From Octopus vulgaris (taxonomy: Eukaryota): DNA of 64,000 nucleotides. Under the pieces are notes generated by a model. The model worked only from the letters and a program-made list of their open reading frames with translations, was not told the DNA's origin and searched no databases. The position numbers were made by a program, and so were the translations under genes. The stretch lies in the NCBI GenBank assembly GCA_951406725.2, contig OX597827.1:16058001-16122000 (forward strand), given 5' to 3'. This document shows positions 24,855-36,900 of the stretch, piece after piece. Positions within the stretch are counted from its first letter, which is position 1. Each line of letters starts with the position of its first letter.

Positions 24855-25245
24855 GGAGTGGCTGTGTGGTAAGTAGCTTGCTAACCAACCACATGGTTCC
24901 GGGTTCAGTCCCACTGCGTGGCACCTTGGGCAAGTGTCTTCTGCTATAGCCCCGGGCCAACCAATGCCTTGTGAGTGGATTTGGTAGACGGAAACTGAAA
25001 GAAGCCTGTCGTATATATGTATATATATATATGTGTGTGTGTGTTTGTCCCCCTAGCATTGCTTGACAACCGATGCTGGTGTGTTTACGTCCCCGTCACT
25101 TACCGGTTCGGCAAAAGAGACCGATAGAATAAGTACTGGGCTTACAAAAGAATAAGTCCCGGGATCGATTTGCTCGACTAAAGGCAGTGCTCCAGCATGG
25201 CCGCGGTCAAATGACTGAAACAAGTAAAAGAGAGTAAAGAGAGAG
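24855..25245 (+). mobile_element. SINE family A
   Basis: Full-length match. Confidence 0.9.
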
Positions 25246-25567
25246 TATTATAATGGTAGCAGTGGTTGTGTGCTATCTTCTGAGTTCCAATCTTTTATCA
25301 ATCACGAGTTTATATAAACTATCAGACACCTATTTGGCCACGTGCAAACTTATGGCCTCATGCCATTGTAAGAAATTCTCAAGCGAAATCTATGGCAACA
25401 GAATTTCTGATTAGGAAAAAAAAAACCCATCCTTGTGGAATTTACTTTCTGTTAGACAAATCACACTGAAATGAACCCTGACTTTCTGTACTGGGGCCAA
25501 TTAAATAGATTATACTCTTCCCTCCAAATCTGTGGTCTTGTGTCATTATTGATATATAATTAAAAAG

Positions 25568-25952
25568 TGAAGGCGCAATGGCCCAGTGGTTAGGGCAGCG
25601 GACTCGCGGTCATAGGATCGCGGTTTCGATTCCCAGACCGGGCGTTGTGAGTGTTTATTGAGCGAAAACACCTAAAAAGCTCCACGAGGCTCCAGCAGGG
25701 ATGGTGGTGATCCCTGCTGTATTCTTTCACCACAACTTTCTCTCACTCTTACTTCCTGTTTCTGTTGTACCTGTATTTCAAAGGGCCGGCCTTGTCACTC
25801 TCTGTGTCTTGCTGAATATCCCCGAGAACTACGTTAAGGGTACACGTGTCTGTGGAGTGCTCAGCCACTTACACGTTAATTTCACGAGCAGGCTGTTCCG
25901 TTGATTCGGATCAACCGGAACCCTCGTCGTCGTAACCGACGGAGTGCTTCCA
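25568..25952 (+). mobile_element. tRNA-derived SINE (family F; shares its 5' half with family C)
   Basis: A and B boxes, GAGCGAAAACACCTAA..GCTCCACG shared with family C, different 3' half; TSD ATAATTAAAAA. Confidence 0.85.
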
Positions 25953-26147
25953 CATAATTAAAAAAAAAAAAACAGGTTTTGGCTAAATGAGAAAGCAAAC
26001 ACATCTGCAAATGATACCCAAAGATGCTGTGTATTGTCTAAAAGGTTGATTTGTCATCTTTTGGTCTCGCACACACATATAACATAAAGATATAGAAGCA
26101 TCCTTATATGATGTAATATTTGCCATGTAAATTTTTTTTTCTAACAT

Positions 26148-26542
26148 TTACTCTTTTACTTGTTTCAATCATTTGACTGCGGCCATGCTGGAGCACCGCC
26201 TTTTAGTCGAGTAAATCAACCCCAGGACTTATTCTTTGTAAGCCTAGTACTTATTCTATCAGTCTCTTTTGCTGAACCGCTAAGTTACGGGACGTAAACA
26301 CACCAGCATCGGTTGTCAAGCAATGGTGGGGGGACAAACACAGACACACAAATATATACATACATACACATATATATACATATATACAACGGGCTTCTTC
26401 CAGTTTCCGTCTACCAAATCCACTCACAAGGCTTTGGTTGGCCCGAGGCTATAGTAGAAGACACTTGCCCAAGGTGCCATGCAGTGGGACTGAACCCGGA
26501 ACCATGTGGTTGGTAAGCAAGCTACTTACCACACAGCCACTC
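26148..26542 (-). mobile_element. SINE family A
   Basis: Full-length match. Confidence 0.9.
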
Positions 26543-27295
26543 ATATAAATTTTGATCAAATTCTTTATCTTTAGTTTCTGAAGAGTAGATATAATTTGAT
26601 GTATTTTATAAATTCTGTTAATTATTTTGGTGAAAATAAAGTTAGAAAAAAAAAAATGTTCAAAAGTACGTTTCCAGGTGCTTTTCAGCATATTTTTGAA
26701 TTGGAATTAATCAGATCAGGTGAAGTGCAGCTAAGCATTCTGCTCAGCATGCTAACAATTCTGCCAGCTAAGTGCAGGGATGGCTGTGTGATGAAGTTTG
26801 CTTCCTGACCACATGGTCTCCGGTTCTACAACAGTAGAAGTGCCTTCTACAATATATAGATCTGGGTTGACGGAAGTCTTAAGTGGATTCAGTAGATTAA
26901 TGTATATAGACTTGTTTGCTGGAAGAGACACATATTCAATGCGATCTGATCGATGCTGTTTAACTTGAGCCCGAGAGAACAAATCTATGATTGGATGTTC
27001 TTAGAGTATTGATTTTTTTTCCCCCCCACATCTTCAAATGTGATATTTTTGTTGTGAGTACCAGAATTTAAAATTTCCTTGGGCTTTAGGGTTACAGAGA
27101 AAGTTTGGGAACCACTGATGTCGAAGCACTGTCCGTTTCCTATCTTCTAATTAAAACATGTTTGGATTTGAGGAAATATTACCTTGATGTGTAGTCCCAG
27201 GTCAGTCCTGATACAGACCAAAGCTATTCAAGCCTCGACTATCTAGTCTTTTTCAAGAATAGTGTACTCCAGACTACATTATCCAAAAGATCAAT

Positions 27296-28459
27296 GTTGC
27301 CGTCACCGTTGATAGTGACAGTGTCGGACAAGTCGAGAACGTTGCCGTCACCGTTGATAGTGACAGTGTCGGACAAGTCGAGAACGTTGCCGTCACCGTT
27401 GATAGTGACAGTGTCGGACAAGTCGAGAACGTTGCCGTCACCGTTGATAGTGACAGTGTCGGACAAGTCGAGAACGTTGCCGTCACCATTGATAGTGACA
27501 GTGTCGGACAAGTCGAGAACGTTGCCGTCACCGTTGATAGTGACAGTGTCGGACAAGTCGAGAATGTTGCCGTCACCGTTGATAGTGACAGTGTCGGACA
27601 AGTCGAGAACGTTGCCGTCACCGTTGATAGTGACAGTGTCGGACAAGTCGAGAACGTTGCCGTCACCGTTGATAGTGACAGTGTCGGACAAGTCGAGAAC
27701 GTTGCCGTCACCGTTGATAGTGACAGTGTCGGACAAGTCGAGAATGTTGCCGTCACCGTTGATAGTGACAGTGTCGGACAAGTCGAGAACGTTGCCGTCA
27801 CCGTTGATAGTGACAGTGTCGGACAAGTCGAGAACGTTGCCGTCACCGTTGATAGTGACAGTGTCGGACAAGTCGAGAACGTTGCCGTCACCGTTGATAG
27901 TGACAGTGTCGGACAAGTCGAGAACGTTGCCGTCACCATTGATAGTGACAGTGTCGGACAAGTCGAGAACGTTGCCGTCACCGTTGATAGTGACAGTGTC
28001 GGACAAGTCGAGAATGTTGCCGTCACCGTTGATAGTGACAGTGTCGGACAAGTCGAGAACGTTGCCGTCACCGTTGATAGTGACAGTGTCGGACAAGTCG
28101 AGAACGTTGCCGTCACCGTTGATAGTGACAGTGTCGGACAAGTCGAGAACGTTGCCGTCACCGTTGATAGTGACAGTGTCGGACAAGTCGAGAACGTTGC
28201 CGTCACCGTTGATAGTGACAGTGTCGGACAAGTCGAGAACGTTGCCGTTGATAGTGACAGTGTCGGACAAGTCGAGAACGTTGCCGTCGCCGTTGATAGT
28301 GACAGTATCGGACAAGTCGAGAACGTTGCCGTCGCCGTTGATAGTGACAGTGTCGGACAAGTCGAGAACGTTGCCGTCGCCGTTGATAGTGACAGTGTCG
28401 GACAAGTCGAGAACGTTGCCGTCACCGTTGATAGTGACAGTGTCGGACAAGTCGAGAAA
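27296..28459. repeat. 45-bp minisatellite, 26 copies
   Basis: Unit GTTGCCGTCACCGTTGATAGTGACAGTGTCGGACAAGTCGAGAAC, no spacers; one unit carries a 6-bp deletion. Confidence 0.98.
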
Positions 28460-28639
28460 GTTGATAGGGTTGGTGCTATCAATTCAGTGTCGAAATTCTA
28501 ATTAACAAGAAATCCTGAAAACAAATGAGCAGAGCAAATCCAATGAATTTGAATTCATTCAGATTTTGTTTCACTGAATTTTGATTGAATTTCAAATTAG
28601 AATAGGAGTGGCTATATATATATAATCTCTATAGATATT

Positions 28640-28975
28640 CTTTTATTCTTTTACTTGTTTCAGTCACTTGATTGTGGCCATGCTGCAAATTGACTCCAGG
28701 ACATTTTCTTTGTAAGCCTAGTATTTATTCTATTGGTCTCCTTTTGCCGAACCGCTAAGTTATGGGGACGTAAACACACCAGCATCGGTTGTCAAGCGAT
28801 GTTGGGGGACAAACGTACACATACACACACACACGACAGGCTTCTCTCAGTTTGTTTACCAAATCCATTCACAAGGCTTTGGTCAGCCCGAAGCAATAGT
28901 AAGACACTTACCCAAGATGCCATGCAGTAGGACCGAAGCTGGAACCATGTGTTGGTAAGCAAGCCACTTACCACA
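28640..28975 (-). mobile_element. SINE family A (diverged)
   Basis: Homologous, with small deletions. Confidence 0.8.
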
Positions 28976-29602
28976 AAAACAAAATGCCTTTTTTCCATCT
29001 GAGTATTGGATGGTGATGATGGGGGTAAACTGCCTTTTTGTCAGTTTGGAATTTCCATTTCAAAAAGAAAAGTCACATGCAAGAAAAAGAAAAAAAAAAA
29101 ACTTATGGTTTGCCTCCATCCTCTATCTTCAAGTGGGTGAGCTGGTTGGTCCAAGTCAAGAGGATTGATTGATCTTTGATGTGGCCATAACAACATTCAT
29201 ACAAAGTTTTGTATTCAAAATTTTAATAGATGATGTAAACTTATAGGTGTGTATGTGTGTGCATAAAGAGAGAGTGAGAATTACTTATGAGTAATCCGTC
29301 GGAAATACTAACAGAAAGTGAACCCTATAGCCTATTTATGGATATATATATATATATATAAACAAACACCATTGTTTATCCTCTGTCAGCAAGGTGTGTA
29401 CGTGTTTGCAAGTAGATCACAGCTATTCTACTATAAATTGTTATGCGTAAGTCAAAGGGTTGCTTAAAGAAATAGTTGATGTGCTAAGAAAATGTGTTTG
29501 ATCTGTGCACTTACGTCACCTGTTATTGTTTATAGCCCTAGACCAGCTTGATTGTGCAGACCTATTATGAACGGCGTTATAGCCTTGACCATCCTGTCTT
29601 TT

Positions 29603-30016
29603 GGATCTTTTCGGTTTGAACAGCAGTTTTTTAAAAATAATTTCCACGTAACTAAACAATTTTAAGCTTTGTATACTTGTAGAATGTGTTTATAAAGCAT
29701 CTTTTTCTCTTGGCTTTATTGAGAAAATTCTATGGTTTGTAAGATATTTGTTGTTTTTTTTTCCTTGAATTTCTGCAATTTCAACCAATCAATGACATCT
29801 ATTGAGGTAAAAAAACATTGTGCCGTATGAATATGTCCCTCGTTTAAGAAACAGATTGGGTTTATTTACATTTGTGAAGAAAAAAATATACCCTTCCTCC
29901 CACCCTTAACCCTAAAACAGATTGAAATGCAATAGATCAATACTAGGGTCATAATTATGGGTGACAATTTCATATGACACTGCTAGAAAAAACTGCCGTT
30001 CAAACCGAAAAGATCC
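29603..30016. mobile_element. Merlin-like MITE
   Basis: Same inverted repeats; TSD TGTCTTTT/CATCTTTT. Confidence 0.8.
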
Positions 30017-30187
30017 CATCTTTTTATCTGATGACAGTGTATTTTAGAATCACATTTTATTCAGTGTCTTTTATTGTTTCTTTTAATATATATTTTTTTT
30101 TAATCACTATGTATTGAGGAATATTTCTAGCAAGTTCACCACCGTCCATTAAGATGCACCCAGGACGGTTTGTTGTCATGTTGGCTG

Positions 30188-30502
30188 GGATCTTTTCACT
30201 TTGGCCGACAGATTTTAAAAATAATTTCTATGTAACTAAAAAATTTTAAACTTCGTATACTGGTAGAATGTGTTTATAAAACATTTTTTTTCTCTTGGCG
30301 TTCTTGAGAAAATTCTGTAGTTTGTAACATATTTGTTGTTTAATTTCTTGCATTTCGGCAATTTCAGCCAATCAATGACGTCTCAAGAAAGCCAAGAGAA
30401 AACGATGTTTTATAAACGCATTCTACCAGTATACGAAGTTTAAAATTTTTTTAGTTACCTAGAAATTATTTTAAAAATCTGCCGGTCAAAGTGAAAAGAT
30501 CC
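30188..30502. mobile_element. Fold-back variant of the Merlin-like MITE
   Basis: About 120-bp inverted arms, 9-bp TSD TGTTGGCTG. Confidence 0.8.
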
Positions 30503-30949
30503 TGTTGGCTGTGTTTTCTCTCTCTGTCCTGTCTCTGATGCCACACAGATTTTTCCGTTCTTTTATTTTAGTTATTTGAAAGTTACGTAGAATTGTGTGA
30601 TTATGTTGAGATTAAAACGAAACAATGGCTTGGATAAACACACACACACACACACACACTCACTGACGCACGCTTGCTGATAATGCGTGATGAAAAGAAT
30701 TTATTATTCAACTGTTGATGACTTCAGTTCCGTTACTATATTGGAATGTCCTGGTTTCAGTTTTGAAATAGTTATTTTCTATATAGCCCCTCCCCCCCGT
30801 GTTTGTTTGTATGTATGTTTGTGACGTCATTCACTTTCCTCTGGCGTAAACATTTGAGTGTTTGTGGGTGTGTGGTGAGGTCTTCGGCCTTCTTCATTTA
30901 TCTCTCACGTGTCTCCTGACCAGAATATTTGGTAGATTATTAACGAATG

Positions 30950-31363
30950 GGATCTTTTCGGTTTGAACGGCAGTTTTTTCTAGCGGTGTCATATAAAATT
31001 GTCACCCATAATTATGACCCTAGTATTGATCTATTGCATTTCAATCTGTTTTAGGGTTAGGGATGGGGGGAAGGGTATCTTTTTTTCTTCACAAATGTAA
31101 ATAAACCCAATCTGTTTCTTAAACGAGGGACATATTCATACGGCACAGAATGTTTTCACCTCAATAGACGTCATTGATTGGTTGAAATTGCAGAAATTGA
31201 ATAAAGAAAAAAACAGCAACTATCTTACAAACTATAGAATTTTCTCAATAAAGCCAAGAGAAAAAGATGTTTTATAAACACATTCTACCAATATACGAAG
31301 TTTAAAAGTGTTTAGTTACGTGGAAATTATTTTAAAAAACTGCCGGTCAAACCAAAAAGATCC
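30950..31363. mobile_element. Merlin-like MITE (opposite orientation)
   Basis: Inverted repeats; 8-bp TSD AACGAATG. Confidence 0.85.
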
Positions 31364-32186
31364 AACGAATGTATGAGAGGTAAACTCTGGACACCGGCCT
31401 GCTTCTCTCTAGTTTACTACACCAGCTTTATTTGGTGGGCTACTTGGAGGCTATTTCCACTTAGTAATTTAGCATGACCCCTCCCCCCCGCCTCTCTTTC
31501 ATTTTATTTATTGGTATAGTGGTTATGGCGAAAATGTTGTCTGTGTGCTGGTGCTGACTGATCTACACCCCTGCTACCGCTCAGTTGTTCTCCCCCACCC
31601 CTGTTGGACCCTAGCACAACCTAGTTTATTTTAAGCTTCACTGGCGTTTTCAGATTAGATCATGTACAGTAATTCATGATTCGTGTGTGTCTAGATGCTG
31701 GTTTCCACACCAGCTTTTGATTCTTTTGTTCAAAATATATGAAAGTACTGTGTGTGCCTGTGTACACGCTCCCCTCTGTTTCACCGAGCTTTTGTTCCAA
31801 GGTTTGTTTTGCGTTCAACCTGGGGGTCTTTGTTACATTTACTCCTATTATAGCCTTCAAGTTCTACACTTTTTCATTCGTAAATTTTGATTGTAGATTA
31901 TGTAAACCACCCCATTGATAATAGTTCTTTTGTCTGTCTGTCTGTCTTCATAATGTCCTATGATTATAAAATGCATAATTTTAATTGAAATTTTAGGTTT
32001 GGGATTATCTCAAATATAACAAACTGTATGCACTCTGTTCTGATTATGGGTATATGAACTGCATACATTTAGTCAATGAAGTTATCTTTTGTCACATTTG
32101 CCTATGTTACTTTATGTGGAAGGGTAGTATAGTACCCTATTAATGTATTGGGTACTTTATATTTTCAAAAGCAAAGTAGGTATACT

Positions 32187-32578
32187 TTCTTTTTACTCTT
32201 TTACTTGTTTCAGTCATTTGACTGCGGCCAAGCTGGAGCACCGCCTTTAGTCGAGCAAATCGACCCCAGGTCTTATTCTTTGTAAGCCCAGTACTTATTC
32301 TATCAGTTCCTTTTGCCAAACCGCTAAGTGACGGGGACGTAAACACATCAGCATCGGTTGTCAAGCAATGCTAGGGTGACAAACACAGACACACACACAC
32401 ACACATATATATATATACATACATATATACGACGGGCTTCTTTCAGTTTCCGTCTACCAAATCCACTCACAAGGCTTTGGTCGGCCCGAGGCTATAGTAG
32501 AAGACACTTGCCCAAGATGCCACGCAGTGGGACTGAACTAGGAACCATGTGGTTGGTAAGCAAGCTACTTACCACACA
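32187..32578 (-). mobile_element. SINE family A (extreme 5' end lost)
   Basis: Match ends at ACCACACA, where a long hairpin begins. Confidence 0.9.
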
Positions 32579-32710
32579 ATACAAATAAGAAAATGGAGAA
32601 ACAAATTCATTTCGGATATTACAATTTCACATTAATAAATAATGTGAAATTGTAATATCTGTAAGTTGATAATCGAAATGAATTCGTTTCTCCATTTTCT
32701 TATTTGTATT
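32578..32710. repeat. Long inverted repeat (37-bp and 20-bp stems)
   Basis: 32578-32614 pairs with 32674-32710 (one mismatch); 32615-32634 pairs with 32640-32659. Confidence 0.9.
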
Positions 32711-33866
32711 ATGAATTTACAGTAAAAATATTTTTCACCTTCACCCATTCAATACAATAAATGAATTAATTGCATTGCAATTAAAAGCATTTATGTATTT
32801 AGTATTTGGGTACTTTACCAGCAGTATATTGGATAACTGATATCCCATAGTAGGTTACTTTCATAACCCCAATCTTACTTTGTGTGTGTGTATGTATATA
32901 TATATATATATATATATATGATGATAGTATTACAGCTAAGAAAAAATTTGAAACAAAACTTACACTAATTATGAAATGGGAATATTTTTCCGGTGATTAA
33001 ATCATACTTCTGGGTTGGTCAAGAGAAATATATTAATCTACTTAGCATTTAATCCGGCATCAATTGATTCCCAGTCTTGTGCATGTCAAGAGCAAACAGT
33101 TGTAGATATTAAGATGTAATAAATAGATTATAATCTAAGTTGATTGCCACTAATATTCTCTTGCACAACTTTCATATGATAGGTTTTAAGATGGACTGTT
33201 TTTTTATTAAACGAAGAATAATCATTAGAGATGAGCAGAAGGTAAAGAAATGGCAGTACCAGAGGTATTGGACCATCAGCTGATTAGATTGGCTCGTGAC
33301 ATTTGACATCTCGTGTGTAAAGTTTTTTTTTTAATTTGGCAGGGAGAAATAAAATCTGTTTTAACTTAGAGAGAGAGATTCAACTGGAATTAAGTAGTGT
33401 TAATCATTAACAATTTATTTACCTGGAACGAGATATAAATAGAATGTAATGGATCCTTCTTTGTTGATGTTACATTACTAATGCTTTTTTATTAATGAAA
33501 ATGCTGCTACCAGCTTGAGGATAGTAAGTTCAAAACCGTTGCTCTAAATAATGTCCTTAATTCTATGTATCTCACCTATCTTGGCTGTGCATCAGTAGGG
33601 TGAAATTATCAGATCTCCTGGGAGGGCTATCTGTATAAGACCGGAGTCCACAAAGATATGTCTTATCTATCTAATGCGATTAGATTGGAACTAAGCTCAG
33701 CTCTTATGTTCCCCTCAGGCATTTGGAGATATAGATTTATGTACAATTTTGGGTTTGCTATGAGATGGTAGTATTTAAAGTACATATACTTATGGTTGGT
33801 ATTTAGAATCTGCACCATGCATGTATCCATGTTTAGTATTTGAATAGTATATTGCACGTGTCCACA

Positions 33867-34292
33867 GTTCATTGAGAAATTGCACTACATGTGTCCATAC
33901 TTAATGTATAGAAACTTACTCTAGACATGTGTTTATGATTGGTGTATAAAAATTGTGCTATACATACATGTTCATAGTTTCTTTATAGAAACTACAATGT
34001 GTTTATGGTTGGAACTGAGAAACTACACATGTGGCCATATTTGATACTTAGAAATTTCACTACATGTTGTGTAGCCCCTGGTTCATTGAGAAATTGCACT
34101 ACATGTGTCCATACTTAATGTATAGAAACTTACTCTAGACATGTGTTTATGATTGGTGTATAAAAATTGTGCTATACATACATGTTCATAGTTTCTTTAT
34201 AGAAACTACAATGTGTTTATGGTTAGAACTGAGAAACTACACATGTGGCCATATTTGATACTTAGAAATTTCACTACATGTTGTGTAGCCCC
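33867..34292. repeat. 214-bp tandem duplication over a degenerate ~35-bp minisatellite
   Basis: 33867-34078 is nearly identical to 34081-34292. Confidence 0.9.
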
Positions 34293-35624
34293 ATATTAGC
34301 TCTGATTGTCCAAAGTTACAGCATGCAGTCAGTTGAATGGTTAGGTGTGATACCACTTTTTCCTTTTTTGTAGTTATACGATGTTTCCATGAAGCTCGGG
34401 CCTAACTGTGTTCTCCAACTGCACTGATGAATCGTAAGGCGTGCAGTGTAACAATCTTGGTATCTTGGCACACTCTCCTGTTTATTTTTCTGTAAACCAG
34501 AGATTCTGGTGTTGAGCATTGTGGAAGCAGGAAAGCAAGGTGGACTCAGGGTGCAACACCTGCTGTTTCTCTGCACTTATCAGTGGCAGTGTGCATCCTG
34601 GTACAGTATTTGGATTAATGAGTGTATTGATGTTGCAGCTATTTCTGCATATTCTTTTTGCATTTGTCTGAAACTGAGCGAAAGGGAGTTGTAAACTACG
34701 CGCCTTCACTAGTCAGTTAAGGTGAGACAGTGTCACATGACAACTTGCTAGGGCTGCCTGCTGGAGCCTAGCGGCAGGTATTTAAAGGGAAAAATTTGAC
34801 AAGTCAGTCAGTCAGTCACCGGCTGACACTCGCTGACGATACATCGAAGAGGCCAGGGAACAGAAGAAAGAAGACATGCACCCAACACCAGAGCTGAAGA
34901 CATCTCCAAAAGGGGGAGCCCTGCCACGTCAAAACGGTAGAGGAGTAGGGGCCAAAACTGGACGTGGTTCCTCCTGATGTTGTCTTGAGCTAACTGGATC
35001 CTATAAAGGAGCTGTTGTGGTAGCAGACCACGAAACAGAAACACGGTTGTAATTCCCCAAGGTGTTTGTGTTTGGAAGTGATTTAAAAAAAAAAAAATAT
35101 TTTCAGATAGCGGATGGGACTGGTAACAAACCAATAATCCCTCCATATGCAGGCAGTCTTTCATTTTTACTGTCTTTTTGTTTTTTTAATGTAGTCTGTG
35201 GGTGGTTAGCCGTGTGAAATTTTTAATTGTGACTACTTCATTGTATTGTACTTTGCAGTTTATTGTTGAGGAATTAGTAGTCCAGACAGGACTGACATAG
35301 TCTGTGATGGCTCAAATGTATTATTTATATACTATTGTTGTTGTTTCTTTGTTGGCAAAATACGGTATCTGTGAGTGCTCTAAGTATGTTTGTATGTTGT
35401 CACTGTTGTGGCGGTATATATATATATAATTCTTTGTATTTTTATCCTATGTTTGTGGTAGATTGTGTGTGATGGTTGGACGTAGTTAATGTTTTCTAAC
35501 GTTGTTAGTTAGTATGAGTGTATATTTTGTGGGTGCTATTTCACATATCTAGTGAAGGGGCCATGTTTCTTGAAAAGATTGAAAAGAGGGTTGGATTACT
35601 TGTGAAGCTGTTTAATATTCAGTT

Positions 35625-36015
35625 TTGGATGCTGGTAGTGCAGGGCCTGGAATTTTTCGGCATTAAACTGCATATTATTATCCTCAGCCCATCTGTAGAT
35701 TGAGTCCAACTCCTGCTACAGGTGTGCAACATCGCTGGGGTTCTGTATTTTCTGTGAGACTTTCGTATCGTTTGCATAGCTTGCCAGAGTGGCTATCCGG
35801 GCATTTGAGGGCATATCTGAGAGGGCCACTATAAAAAGCAGTGGTCCCAAGACAGTGCCCTGTGGAACACCGCTCACTATTTGTGTGTTCATAGAGGTGG
35901 CTCCATTAACCACTACTGCCTGACTATCTTTCAGGAAGTCATGTAACCACACTCCAAGTTTTCCAGCTATGCCGAGGTCATGCAGTTTGTGGCATATCAT
36001 ACCATGATCCACCTT
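35625..36015 (-). mobile_element. CR1-clade reverse transcriptase fragment
   Basis: SGVPQGTVLGPLLFIVALSDMP...YANDTKV...ELDSIYRWAEDNNMQFNAEKFQALHY. Confidence 0.88.
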
Positions 36016-36019
36016 GTCT

Positions 36020-36900
36020 GGAGAATACTTGTAGGATGTGAGTGTGATATCATCTGTACGAGGCTGTATGTTTTGTAGTGAGGGAAGAACGTGTAGGTAA
36101 ATATTGAAAATGGTGGGTGATAGGACAAATCCTTGTGGTACTCCATTTTGTATGATGACAAGGTGGACTTCAGTATGTGATGGATGGCAGCATAGCAGCA
36201 GTTTGGAAGAATGAAGGGAAGAGTTGCTGCTCCTCTGCTCACTTGTAGCTGGTGTTGCTTACACTGCTGCTGCATAGTAGCAACTGATGCCGATGAGGGG
36301 TTGGCATTAGGAAGGGCATCCGGCTGTAAAAACCATGACAAATCAGAGTGAATTCTGGTGCAGCCCCTCAGCTTGCCAGCCCTGGTCAAACCATCCAACC
36401 CATGCCAGCAATGGACAATGGATGTTAAATAAGTAGTTTACCAGGTAATATGTTGTATTGTCATATAGCCCTTGGTCAGCATTGCAACTGTGAGCAGACC
36501 CCTCTTTTTGTAGTCAGGGTCTGCTATGCTGTCCAGTTTGATCCATCTTTAAAACAGTTGGAGTGTTGTTTGAGGGAGATTTGGCTGCTATTTTCAGCAT
36601 GTTGAATGACTCGAGCATTTTGTGATTCTCAAGGTGGGCTTGAGTATTTTGTTTCCGTTGATAGTAGAAGAGTTAAGAATAGGTGGAGTGGCACGCAGTG
36701 GAGGTTTCTGCAGTTGAAGCTGTCATGTATTTCAGTTAGGTTGAGTGCAATCGTGTCATCCCACGTTGTGAGTTGGAGTCGGTGATCTGAGGGTTAGAAA
36801 TGTCGAAGATGAGACTTTCTAGAATTTTTGGCGGGGTATCTAGGAGGACAATAGATTTGCATAAGTTTTCGTTGACATTTGGAATTATTTTCCCAGCTTC
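36020..36900 (-). mobile_element. Degraded non-LTR reverse transcriptase remnant (second lineage), interrupted by other repeats
   Basis: IQNGVPQGFVLSPTIFNIYL...DDITL near 36040-36160; ..LLDTPAKILESLI near 36810-36860. Confidence 0.6.

Noticed and set aside
27296-28459. CRISPR array or horizontally acquired bacterial adhesin gene
   Set aside because: Units are contiguous with no unique spacers, there are no cas genes, no ATG start or non-repeat domain, and the context is eukaryotic
34700-35060. GC-richer segment considered as an exon or LTR
   Set aside because: No convincing splice sites, recognisable protein motif or paired LTR; left unclassified
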